From contig OZ024742.1 in assembly GCA_964016885.1 (NCBI GenBank), positions 16,492,001 through 16,556,000 of the forward strand: a stretch of 64,000 bases of DNA, given 5' to 3'. This DNA is from Eledone cirrhosa (taxonomy: Eukaryota). A program made the translations under genes and the position numbers. Below, piece by piece: positions 13,875-27,700 of this stretch. How positions within the stretch are numbered: the stretch's first letter is position 1; each line of letters begins with the position of its first letter. A model generated the notes under the pieces. It saw only the letters and a list, made by a program, of their open reading frames with translations, searched no databases and was not told the DNA's origin.

Positions 13875-16800
13875 TATTAACAATGATGGTAGTGACAGTG
13901 ATGTTGACAACTGTAGTATTAACAATAATGGTAGTAACAGTGATGTTGACAACTGTAGTATTAACAATGATGGTATTGACAGTGATGTTGACAACTGTAG
14001 TATTAACAATGATGGTAGTAACAGTGATGTTGATAACTGTAGTATTAACAATGATGGTAGTGACAGTGATGTTGACGACTGTAGTATTAACAATGATGGT
14101 AGTAACAGTGATGTTGACAACTGTAGTATTAACAATGATGGTAGCGACAGTGATGTTGACAACTGTAGTATTAAAAATGATGGTAGTGAGAGTGATGTTG
14201 ACAACTGTAATATTAACAATGATGGTTGTGACAGTGATGTTGACAACTGTAGTATTAACAATGATGATAATGACAGTGATGTTGACAACTGTATTATTAA
14301 CAATGATGGTAGTAACAGTGATGTTGACAACTGTAATATTAACAATGATGATAGTAACAGTGATGTAGACAACTGTAGTATTAACAATGATGATATTGAC
14401 AGTGATGTTGACAACTGAAATATTAACAATGTTGGTAGTAACAGTGATGTTGACAACTGTAGTATTTACAATGATGGTTGTGACAGTGATGTTGACAACT
14501 GTAATATTAAAAATGATGGTAGTAACAGTGATGTTGACAACTGGAGTATTAACAATGATGATATTGACAGTGATGTTAACAACTGTAATATTAACAATGA
14601 TGGTAGTAACAGTGATGTTGACAACTGTAGTATTAACAATGATGGTAGTGACAGTGATGTTGACAACTGTAGTATTAACAATGATGGTAGTAACAGTGAT
14701 GTTGACACCCAACTGTAATATTAACAATGATGGTAGTGACAGTAATGTTAAGAACTGTAGTATTAACAATGATGGTAGTGACAGTGATGTTGACAACGGT
14801 AGTATTAACAATAATGGTAGTGACAGTGATGTTGACAACTGTAGTATTAACAATGATGGTAGAGACAGTGATGTTGACAAGTGTAATATTAACAATGATG
14901 GTAGTAACAGTGATGTTGACAACTGGAGTATTAACAATGATGATATTGACAGTGATGTTGACAACTGTAATATTAACAATGATGGTAGTAACAGTGATGT
15001 TGACAACTGTAGTATTAACAATGATGGTAGTAACAGTGATGTTGACAACTGTAGTATTAACAATGATGGTAGTATCAGTTATGTTGACAACTGTAATATT
15101 AACAATGATGGTAGTAACAGTGATGTTGACAACTGTAGTATTAACAATGATGGTAGTAAGAGTGATGTTGACAACTGTAGTATTAACAATGATGGTAGTG
15201 ACAGTGATGTTGACAACTGTAGTATTAACAATGATGGTAGTGACAGTGATGTTGACAACTGTAATATTAACAATGATGGTAGTAACAGTGATGTTGACAA
15301 CTGTAATATATACAATGATGGTAGTGACAGTGATGTTGACAACTGTAATATTAACAATGATGGTAGTGTCAGTGATGTTGACAACTGTAATATTAACAAT
15401 GATGGTATAGTGACAGTGATGTTGACAACTGTAGTATTAACAATGATGATATTGCCAGTGATGTTGACAACTGTAATATTAACAATGATGGTAGTGACAG
15501 TGATGTTGACAACTGTAATATTAACAATGATGGTAGTGACAGTGATGTTGACAACTGTAATATTAACAATGATGGTAGTGACAGTGATGTTGACAACTGT
15601 AATATTAACAATGATGGTAGTGACAGTTATGTTGACAACTGTAATATTAACAATGATGGTAGTAACAGTGATGGTGACAACTGTAGTATTAACAATGATG
15701 ATATTGCCAGTGATGTTGACAACTGTAATATTAACAATGATGGTAGTAACAGTGATGTTGACAACTGTAGTATTAACAATGATGGTAGTGACAGTGATGT
15801 TGACAACTGTAGTATTAACAATGATGCTAGTAACATTGATGTTGACAACCAACTGTAATATTAACAATGATGGTAGTGACAGTGATGTTGACAAATGTAG
15901 TATTAACGATGATGGTAGTGACAGTGATGTTGACAACTGTGGTATTAACAATAATGGTAGTGATAGTGATGTTGACAACTGTAGTATTAACAATGATGGT
16001 GTGTGACAGTGATGTTGACAACTGTAATATTAACAATGATGGTAGTAACAGTGATGTTGACAACTGTAGTATTAACAATAATGGTAGTGACAGTGATGTT
16101 GACAACTGTAGTATTAACCATGATGGTAGTGACAGTGATGTTGAAAACTGTAATATTAACAATGATGGTAGTAACAGTGATGTTGACAACTGGAGTATTA
16201 ACAATGATGATATTGACAGTGATGTTGACAACTGTAATATTAACAATGATGGTAGTAACAGTGATGTTGACAACTGTAGTATTAACAATGATGGTAGTGA
16301 CAGTGATGTTGACAACTGTACTATTAACAATGATGGTAGTAACATTGATGTTGACAACTGTAATATTAACAATGATGGTAGTGACAGTGATGTTGACAAC
16401 TCTAATATTAACAATGATGGTGGTAACAGTGATGTTGACAACTGTAGTATTAACAATGATGGTAGTGACAGTGATGTTGACAACTTTATTATTAACAATG
16501 ATGGTAGTGACAGTGATGTTGACAACTGTAATATTAACAATGATGGTAGTGACAGTGATGTTGACAACTGTAATATTAACAATGATGGTAGTGACAGTGA
16601 TGTTGACAACTGTAATATTAACAATGATGGTAGTAACAATGATGTTGACAACTAGTATTAACAATGATGATAGTGATAGTGATGTTGACAACTGTAGTAT
16701 TAACGATGCTGGTAGTAACAGTGATGTTGACATCTGCAATATTAACAATGATGGTAGTGACAGTGATGTTGACAACTGTAGTATTAACAATGATGGTAGT

Positions 16801-17780
16801 GACAGTGATGTTGACAACTGTAGTATTAACAATGATGGTAGTGACAGTGATGTTGACAACTGTAATATTAACAATGATGGTAGTAACAGTGCTGTTGACA
16901 ACTGTAGTATTAACAATGATGATATTGCCAGTGATGTTGACAACTGTAATATTAACAATGATGGTAGTAACAGTGATGTTGACAACTGGAGTATTAACAA
17001 TGATGATATTGACAGTGATGTTGACAACTGTAATATTAACAATGATGGTAGTAACAGTGATGTTGACAACTGTAGTATTAACGATGCTGGTAGTAACAGT
17101 GATGTTGACATCTGCAATATTAACAATGATGGTAGTGACAGTGATGTTGACAACTGTAGTATTAACAATGATGGTAGTAACAGTGATGTTGACAACTGTA
17201 GTATTAACAATGATGGTAGTGACAGTGATGTTGACAACTGTAATATTAACAATGATGGTAGTGACAGTGATGTTGACAACTGTAGTATTAACGATGATGG
17301 TAGTGACATTGATGTTGACAACTGTAGTATTAACAATGATGGTAGTGACAGTGATGTTGACAACTGTGGTATTAACAATAATGATAGTGATAGTGATGTT
17401 GACAACTGTAGTATTAACAATGATGGTGTGTGACAGTGATGTTGACAACTGTAATATTAACAATGATGGTAGTAACAGTGATGTTGACAACTGTAGTATT
17501 AACAATAATGGTAGTGACAGTGATGTTGAGAACTGTAGTATTAACAATGATGGTAGTGACAGTGATGTTGACAACTGTAATATTAACAATGATGGTAGTG
17601 ACAGTGATGTTGACAACTGTAATATTAACAATGATGGTAGTAACAGTGATGTTGACAACTGTAGTATTAACAATGATGATAGTGACAGTGATGTTGACAA
17701 CTGTAGTATTAACAATGCTGGTAGTAACAGTGATGTTGACATCTGCAATATTAACAATGATGGTAGTGACAGTGATGTTG
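13875..17780. repeat. ~3.9-kb block duplicated at ~31021-35010 (offset 17,146 bp, then 17,230 bp)
   Basis: Paired markers 13874/31020, 14418/31564, 14718/31864, 15410/32556 and 15848/32994 are all 17,146 apart. Markers 16006/33236, 16655/33885 and 17433/34663 are 17,230 apart (two extra monomers). The rare variants ggtagagac, gacaagtgt and ggtatagt are shared. Confidence 0.9.
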
Positions 17781-20700
17781 ACAACTCTAATATTAACAAT
17801 GATGGTGGTAACAGTGATGTTGACAACTGTAGTATTAACAATGATGGTAGTGACAGTGATGTTGACAACTGTAATATTAAAAATGATGGTAGTAACAGTG
17901 ATGTTGACAACTGGAGTATTAACAATGATGATATTGACAGTGATGTTGACAACCGTAATATTAACAATGATGGTAGTAACAGTGATGTTGACAACTGTAG
18001 TATTAACAATGATGGTAGTGACAGTGATGTTGACAACTGTAGTATTAACAATGATGGTAGTGACAGTGATGATGACAACCAACTGTAATATTAACAATGA
18101 TGGTAGTGACAGTGATGTTGACAACTGTAGTATTAACAATGATGGTAGTGACAGTGATGTTGACAACTGTAGTATTAACAATGATGGTAGTAACAGTGAT
18201 GTTGACAACTGTAGTATTAACAATGATGGTAGTAACAGTGATGTTGACAACTGTAGTATTAACAATGATGGTAGTAACAGTGATGTTGACAACTGTAGTG
18301 TTAACAATGATGATATTGACAGTGATGTTGACAACTGTAGTATTAACAATGATGGTAGTGACAGTGATGTTGAAAACTTTAGTATTAACAATGATGATAT
18401 TGACAGTGATGTTGACAACTGTAGTATTAACAATGATGGTAGTGACAGTGATGTTGACAACTGTAGTATTAACAATGATGGTAGTAACAGTGATGTAGAC
18501 AACTGTAGTATTAACAATGATGATAGTGAGAGTGATGTTGACAACTGTAATATTAACAATGATGGTTGTGACAGTGATGTTGACAACTGTAGTATTAACA
18601 TTGATGGTAGTGACAGTGATGTTGACAACTGTAGTATTAACAATGATGGTAGTCACAGTGATGTTGACAACTGTAATATTGACAATGATGGTAGTGACAA
18701 TGATGTTGACAACTCTAATATTAACAATGATGGTAGTAACAGTGATGTTGACAAATGTAGTATTAACAATGATGGTAGTGACAGTGATGTTAACAACTGT
18801 AGTATTAACAATGATGGTAGTGACATTGATGTTGACAACTGTAATAGTAACAATGATGGTAGTGACAGTGATGTTGACAACTGTAGTATTAACAATGACG
18901 GTAGTAACAGTGATGTTGACAACTGTAATATTAACAAAGATGATAGTGACAGTGATGTTGACAACTGTAGTATTAACAATGCTGGTAGTAACAGTGATGT
19001 TGACATCTGCAATATTAACAATGATGGTAGTGACAGTGATGTTGACAACTGGAGTATTAACAATGATGGTAGTGACAGTGATGTTGACAACTGTAGTATT
19101 AACAATGATGGTAGTGACAGTGATTTTGAGAACTGTAGTATTAACAATGATGGTAGTGACAGTGATGTTGACAACTGTAGTATTAACAATGATGGTAGTG
19201 ACAGTGATGTTGACAACTGGAGTATTAACAATGATGGTAGTAACAGTGATGTTGACAACTGTAGTATTAACAATGATGGTAATGACTGTGATGTTGACAA
19301 CTGGAGTATTAACAATGATGGTAGTAACAGTGATGTTGACAACTGTAGTATTAACAATGATGGTAGTGACAGTGATGTTGACAACTGTAATATTAACAAT
19401 GATGGTAGTAACAGTGATGTTGACAACTGTAGTATTAACAATGATGGTAGTGACAGTGATGTTGACAACTGTAATATTAACAATGATGGTAGTAACAGTG
19501 ATGTTGACAACTGTAGTATTAACAATGATGGTAATGACTGTGATGTTGACAACTGTAATATTAACAATGATGGTAGTAACAGTGATGGTGACAACTGTAG
19601 TATTAACAATGATGGTAGTGACATTGATGTTGACAACTGTAGTATTAACGATGATGGTAGTGACAGTGATGTTGACAACTGTAATATTAACAATGATGAT
19701 AGTAACAGTGATGTTGACAACTGTAGTATTAACAATGATGATATTGACAGTGATGTTGACAACTCAAATATTAACAATGATGGTAGTAACAGTGATGTTG
19801 ACAGCTGTAGTATTAACAATGATGGTAGTGACAGTGATGTTGACAACTGTAATATTAAAAATGATGGTAGTAACAGTGATGTTGACAACTGGAGTATTAA
19901 CAATGATGATATTGACAGTGATGTTGACAACCGTAATATTAACAATGATGGTAGTAACAGTGATGTTGACAACTGTAGTATTAACAATGATGGTAGTGAC
20001 AGTGATGTTGACAACTGTAGTATTAACAATGATGGTAGTGACAGTGATGATGACAACCAACTGTAATATTAACAATGATGGTAGTGACAGTGATGTTGAC
20101 AACTGTAGTATTAACAATAATGGTAGTAACAGTGATGTTGACAACTGTAGTATTAACAATGATGGTATTGACAGTGATGTTGACAACTGTAGTATTAACA
20201 ATGATGGTAGTAACAGTGATGTTGATAACTGTAGTATTAACAATGATGGTAGTGACAGTGATGTTGACGACTGTAGTATTAACAATGATGGTAGTAACAG
20301 TGATGTTGACAACTGTAGTATTAACAATGATGGTAGCGACAGTGATGTTGACAACTGTAGTATTAACAATGATGGTAGTGAGAGTGATGTTGACAACTGT
20401 AATATTAACAATGATGGTTGTGACAGTGATGTTGACAACTGTAGTATTAACAATGATGATATTGACAGTGATGTTGACAACTGAAATATTAACAATGTTG
20501 GTAGTAACAGTGATGTTGACAACTGTAGTATTTACAATGATGGTAGTGACAGTGATGTTGACAACTGTAATATTAAAAATGATGGTAGTAACAGTGATGT
20601 TGACAACTGGAGTATTAACAATGATGATATTGACAGTGATGTTAACAACTGTAATATTAACAATGATGGTAGTAACAGTGATGTTGACAACTGTAGTATT

Positions 20701-23700
20701 AACAATGATGGTAGTGACAGTGATGTTGACAACTGTAGTATTAACAATGATGGTAGTAACAGTGATGTTGACACCCAACTGTAATATTAACAATGATGGT
20801 AGTGACAGTAATGTTAAGAACTGTAGTATTAACAATGATGGTAGTGACAGTGATGTTGACAACGGTAGTATTAACAATAATGGTAGTGACAGTGATGTTG
20901 ACAACTGTAATATTAACAATGATGGTAGTGACAGTGATGTTGACAACTGTAGTATTAACAATGATGATATTGCCAGTGATGTTGACAACTGTAATATTAA
21001 CAATGATGGTAGTGACAGTGATGTTGACAACTGTAATATTAACAATGATGGTAGTAACAGTGATGGTGACAACTGTAGGATTAACAATGATGATATTGCC
21101 AGTGATGTTGACAACTGTAATATTAACAATGATGGTAGTGACAGTGATGTTGACAACTGTAATATTAACAATGATGGTAGTGACAGTGATGTTGACAACT
21201 GTAATATTAACAATGATGGTAGTAACAGTGATGGTGACAACTGTAGTATTAACAATGATGATATTGCCAGTGATGTTGACAACTGTAATATTAACAATGA
21301 TGGTAGTGACAGTGATGTTGACAACTGTAATATTGACAATGATGGTAGTGACAGTGATGTTGACAACTGTAATATTAACAATGATGGTAGTAACAGTGAT
21401 GGTGACAACTGTAGTATTAACAATGATGATATTGCCAGTGATGTTGACAACTGTAGTATTAACAATCATGGTAGTGACAGTGATTTTGAGAACTGTAGTA
21501 TTAACAATGATGGCAGTGACAGTGATGTTGACAACTGTAGTATTAACAATGATGGTAATGACTGTGATGTTGACAACTGGAGTATTAACAATGATGGTAG
21601 TAACAGTGATGTTGACAACTGTAGTATTAACAATGATGGTAGTGACAGTGATGTTGACAACTGTAATATTAACAATGATGGTAGTAACAGTGATGTTGAC
21701 AACTGTAGTATTAACAATGATGGTAGTGACAGTGATGTTGACAACTGTAATATTAACAATGATGGTAGTAACAGTGATGTTGACAACTGTAGTATTAACA
21801 ATGATGGTAATGACTGTGATGTTGACAACTGTAATATTAACAATGATGGTAGTAACAGTGATGGTGACAACTGTAGTATTAACAATGATGGTAGTAACAG
21901 TGATGTTGACACCCAACTGTAATATTAACAATGATGGTAGTGACAGTAATGTTAAGAACTTTAGTATTAACAATGATGGTAGTGACAGTGATGTTGACAA
22001 CTGTAGTATTAACAATGATGGTAATGACTGTGATGTTGACAACTGTAATATTAACAATGATGGTAGTGACAGTGATGTTGACAACTGTAGTATTAACAAT
22101 GATGGTAGTAACAGTGATGTTGACACCCAACTGTAATATTAACAATGATGGCAGTGACAGTAATGTTAAGAACTGTAGTATTAACAATGATGGTAGTGAC
22201 AGTGATGTTGACAACTGTAATAACAATGATGGTAGTGACAGTGATGTTGACAACTGTAATATTAACAATGATGGTAGTGACAGTGATGTTGACAACTGTA
22301 ATATTAACAATGATGGTAGTGACAGTGATGTTGACAACTGTAATATTAACAATGATGCTAGTAACAGTGATGGTGACAACTGTAGTATTAACAATGATGA
22401 TATTGACAGTGATGTTGACAACTGTAATATTAACAATGATGGTAGTAACAGTGATGTTGACAACTGTAATATTAACAATGATGGTAGTGACAGTGATGTT
22501 GACAACTGTAATATTAACAATGATGATATTGCCAGTGATGTTGACAACTGTAATATTAACAATGATGGTAGTGACAGTGATGTTGACAACTGTAATATTA
22601 ACAATGATGGTAGTGACAGTGATGTTGACAACTGTAATATTAACAATGATGGTAGTAACAGTGATGGTGACAACTGGAGTATTAACAATGATGATATTGA
22701 CAGTGATGTTGACAACTGTAATATTAACAATGATGATATTGCCAGTGATGTTGACAACTGTAATATTAACAATGATGGTAGTGACAGTGATGTTGACAAC
22801 TGTAGTATTAACAATGATGGTAGTGACAGTGATGTTGACAACTGTAATATTAACAATGATGGTAGTAACAGTGATGGTGACAACTGGAGTATTAACAATG
22901 ATGATATTGACAGTGATGTTGACAACTGTAATATTAACAATGATGGTAGTAACAGTGATGTTGACAACTGTAGTATTAACGATGCTGGTAGTAACAGTGA
23001 TGTTGACATCTGCAATATTAACAATGATGGTAGTGACAGTGATGTTGACAACTGTAGTATTAACAATGATGGTAGTAACAGTGATGTTGACAACTGTAGT
23101 ATTAACAATGATGGTAGTGACAGTGATGTTGACAACTGTAATATTAACAATGATGGTAGTGACAGTGATGTTGACAACTGTAGTATTAACGATGATGGTA
23201 GTGACATTGATGTTGACAACTGTAGTATTAACAATGATGGTAGTGACAGTGATGTTGACAACTGTGGTATTAACAATAATGGTAGTGATAGTGATGTTGA
23301 CAACTGTAGTATTAACAATGATGGTGTGTGACAGTGATGTTGACAACTGTAATATTAACAATGATGGTAGTAACAGTGATGTTGACAACTGTAGTATTAA
23401 CAATAATGGTAGTAACAGTGATGTTGACAACTGTAGTATTAACAATGCTGGTAGTAACAGTGATGTTGACAACTGTAATATTAACAATGATGGTAGTGAC
23501 AGTGATGTTGACAACTGTAATATTAACAATGATGGTAGTAACAGTGATGTTGACAACTGTAGTATTAACAATGATGATAGTGACAGTGATGTTGACAACT
23601 GTAGTATTAACAATGCTGGTAGTAACAGTGATGTTGACATCTGCAATATTAACAATGATGGTAGTGACAGTGATGTTGACAACTCTAATATTAACAATGA

Positions 23701-23839
23701 TGGTGGTAACAGTGATGTTGACAACTGTAGTATTAACAATGATGGTAGTGACAGTGATGTTGACAACTGTAATATTAAAAATGATGGTAGTAACAGTGAT
23801 GTTGACAACTGGAGTATTAACAATGATGATATTGACAGT

Positions 23840-24740
23840 GATGTTGACAACCGTAATATTAACAATGATGGTAGTAACAGTGATGTTGACAACTGTAGTA
23901 TTAACAATGATGGTAGTGACAGTGATGTTGACAACTGTAGTATTAACAATGATGGTAGTAACAGTGATGTTGACAACTGTAGTATTAACAATGATGGTAG
24001 TGACAGTGATGTTGACAACTGTAGTATTAACAATGATGGTAGTGACAGTGATGTTGACAACCGTAATATTAACAATGATGGTAGTAACAGTGATGTTGAC
24101 AACTGTAGTATTAACAATGATGGTAGTGACAGTGATGTTGACAACCGTAATATTAACAATGATGGTAGTAACAGTGATGTTGACAACTGTAGTATTAACA
24201 ATGATGGTAGTGACAGTGATGTTGACAACTGTAGTATTAACAATGATGGTAGTAACAGTGATGTTGACAACTGTAGTATTAACAATGATGGTAGTGACAG
24301 TGATGTTGACAACTGTAGTATTAACAATGATGGTAGTGACAGTGATGTTGACAACCGTAATATTAACAATGATGGTAGTAACAGTGATGTTGACAACTGT
24401 AGTATTAACAATGATGGTAGTGACAGTGATGTTGACAACCGTAATATTAACAATGATGGTAGTAACAGTGATGTTGACAACTGTAGTATTAACAATGATG
24501 GTAGTGACAGTGATGTTGACAACCGTAATATTAACAATGATGGTAGTAACAGTGATGTTGACAACTGTAGTATTAACAATGATGGTAGTAACAGTGATGT
24601 TGACAACTGTAGTATTAACAATGATGGTAGTGACAGTGATGTTGACAACTGTAATATTAAAAATGATGGTAGTAACAGTGATGTTGACAACTGGAGTATT
24701 AACAATGATGATATTGACAGTGATGTTGACAACCGTAATA
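23840..24740. repeat. Local expansion of the AACCGT monomer variant with 84/210-bp spacing (294-bp unit)
   Basis: aaccgt occurs at 23849, 24059, 24143, 24353, 24437, 24521 and 24731, giving spacings of 210, 84, 210, 84, 84 and 210. Confidence 0.85.
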
Positions 24741-27700
24741 TTAACAATGATGGTAGTAACAGTGATGTTGACAACTGTAGTATTAACAATGATGGTAGTG
24801 ACAGTGATGTTGACAACTGTAGTATTAACAATGATGGTAGTAACAGTGATGTTGACAACTGTAGTATTAACAATGATGGTAGTGACAGTGATGTTGACAA
24901 CTGTAGTATTAACAATGATGGTAGTGACAGTGATGATGACAACCAACTGTAATATTAACAATGATGGTAGTGACAGTGATGTTGACAACTGTAGTATTAA
25001 CAATGATGGTAGTGACAGTGATGTTGACAACTGTAGTATTAACAATGATGGTAGTAACAGTGATGTTGACAACTGTAGTATTAACAATGATGGTAGTAAC
25101 AGTGATGTTGACAACTGTAGTATTAACAATGATGGTAGTAACAGTGATGTTGACAACTGTAGTGTTAACAATGATGATATTGACAGTGATGTTGACAACT
25201 GTAGTATTAACAATGATGGTAGTGACAGTGATGTTGAAAACTTTAGTATTAACAATGATGATATTGACAGTGATGTTGACAACTGTAGTATTAACAATGA
25301 TGGTAGTGACAGTGATGTTGACAACTGTAGTATTAACAATGATGGTAGTAACAGTGATGTAGACAACTGTAGTATTAACAATGATGATAGTGAGAGTGAT
25401 GTTGACAACTGTAATATTAACAATGATGGTTGTGACAGTGATGTTGACAACTGTAGTATTAACATTGATGGTAGTGACAGTGATGTTGACAACTGTAGTA
25501 TTAACAATGATGGTAGTCACAGTGATGTTGACAACTGTAATATTGACAATGATGGTAGTGACAATGATGTTGACAACTCTAATATTAACAATGATGGTAG
25601 TAACAGTGATGTTGACAAATGTAGTATTAACAATGATGGTAGTGACAGTGATGTTAACAACTGTAGTATTAACAATGATGGTAGTGACATTGATGTTGAC
25701 AACTGTAATAGTAACAATGATGGTAGTGACAGTGATGTTGACAACTGTAGTATTAACAATGACGGTAGTAACAGTGATGTTGACAACTGTAATATTAACA
25801 AAGATGATAGTGACAGTGATGTTGACAACTGTAGTATTAACAATGCTGGTAGTAACAGTGATGTTGACATCTGCAATATTAACAATGATGGTAGTGACAG
25901 TGATGTTGACAACTGGAGTATTAACAATGATGGTAGTGACAGTGATGTTGACAACTGTAGTATTAACAATGATGGTAGTGACAGTGATTTTGAGAACTGT
26001 AGTATTAACAATGATGGTAGTGACAGTGATGTTGACAACTGTAGTATTAACAATGATGGTAGTGACAGTGATGTTGACAACTGGAGTATTAACAATGATG
26101 GTAGTAACAGTGATGTTGACAACTGTAGTATTAACAATGATGGTAATGACTGTGATGTTGACAACTGGAGTATTAACAATGATGGTAGTAACAGTGATGT
26201 TGACAACTGTAGTATTAACAATGATGGTAGTGACAGTGATGTTGACAACTGTAATATTAACAATGATGGTAGTAACAGTGATGTTGACAACTGTATTATT
26301 AACAATGATGGTAGTGACAGTGATGTTGACAACTGTAATATTAACAATGATGGTAGTAACAGTGATGTTGACAACTGTAGTATTAACAATGATGGTAATG
26401 ACTGTGATGTTGACAACTGTAATATTAACAATGATGGTAGTAACAGTGATGGTGACAACTGTAGTATTAACAATGATGGTAGTGACATTGATGTTGACAA
26501 CTGTAGTATTAACGATGATGGTAGTGACAGTGATGTTGACAACTGTAATATTAACAATGATGATAGTAACAGTGATGTTGACAACTGTAGTATTAACAAT
26601 GATGATATTGACAGTGATGTTGACAACTCAAATATTAACAATGATGGTAGTAACAGTGATGTTGACAGCTGTAGTATTAACAATGATGGTAGTGACAGTG
26701 ATGTTGACAACTGTAATATTAAAAATGATGGTAGTAACAGTGATGTTGACAACTGGAGTATTAACAATGATGATATTGACAGTGATGTTGACAACCGTAA
26801 TATTAACAATGATGGTAGTAACAGTGATGTTGACAACTGTAGTATTAACAATGATGGTAGTGACAGTGATGTTGACAACTGTAGTATTAACAATGATGGT
26901 AGTGACAGTGATGATGACAACCAACTGTAATATTAACAATGATGGTAGTGACAGTGATGTTGACAACTGTAGTATTAACAATAATGGTAGTAACAGTGAT
27001 GTTGACAACTGTAGTATTAACAATGATGGTATTGACAGTGATGTTGACAACTGTAGTATTAACAATGATGGTAGTAACAGTGATGTTGATAACTGTAGTA
27101 TTAACAATGATGGTAGTGACAGTGATGTTGACGACTGTAGTATTAACAATGATGGTAGTAACAGTGATGTTGACAACTGTAGTATTAACAATGATGGTAG
27201 CGACAGTGATGTTGACAACTGTAGTATTAACAATGATGGTAGTGAGAGTGATGTTGACAACTGTAATATTAACAATGATGGTTGTGACAGTGATGTTGAC
27301 AACTGTAGTATTAACAATGATGATAGTGACAGTGATGTTGACAACTGTAGTATTAACAATGATGGTAGTAACAGTGATGTTGACAACTGTAATATTAACA
27401 ATGATGATAGTAACAGTGATGTAGACAACTGTAGTATTAACAATGATGATATTGACAGTGATGTTGACAACTGAAATATTAACAATGTTGGTAGTAACAG
27501 TGATGTTGACAACTGTAGTATTTACAATGATGGTAGTGACAGTGATGTTGACAACTGTAATATTAAAAATGATGGTAGTAACAGTGATGTTGACAACTGG
27601 AGTATTAACAATGATGATATTGACAGTGATGTTAACAACTGTAATATTAACAATGATGGTAGTAACAGTGATGTTGACAACTGTAGTATTAACAATGATG

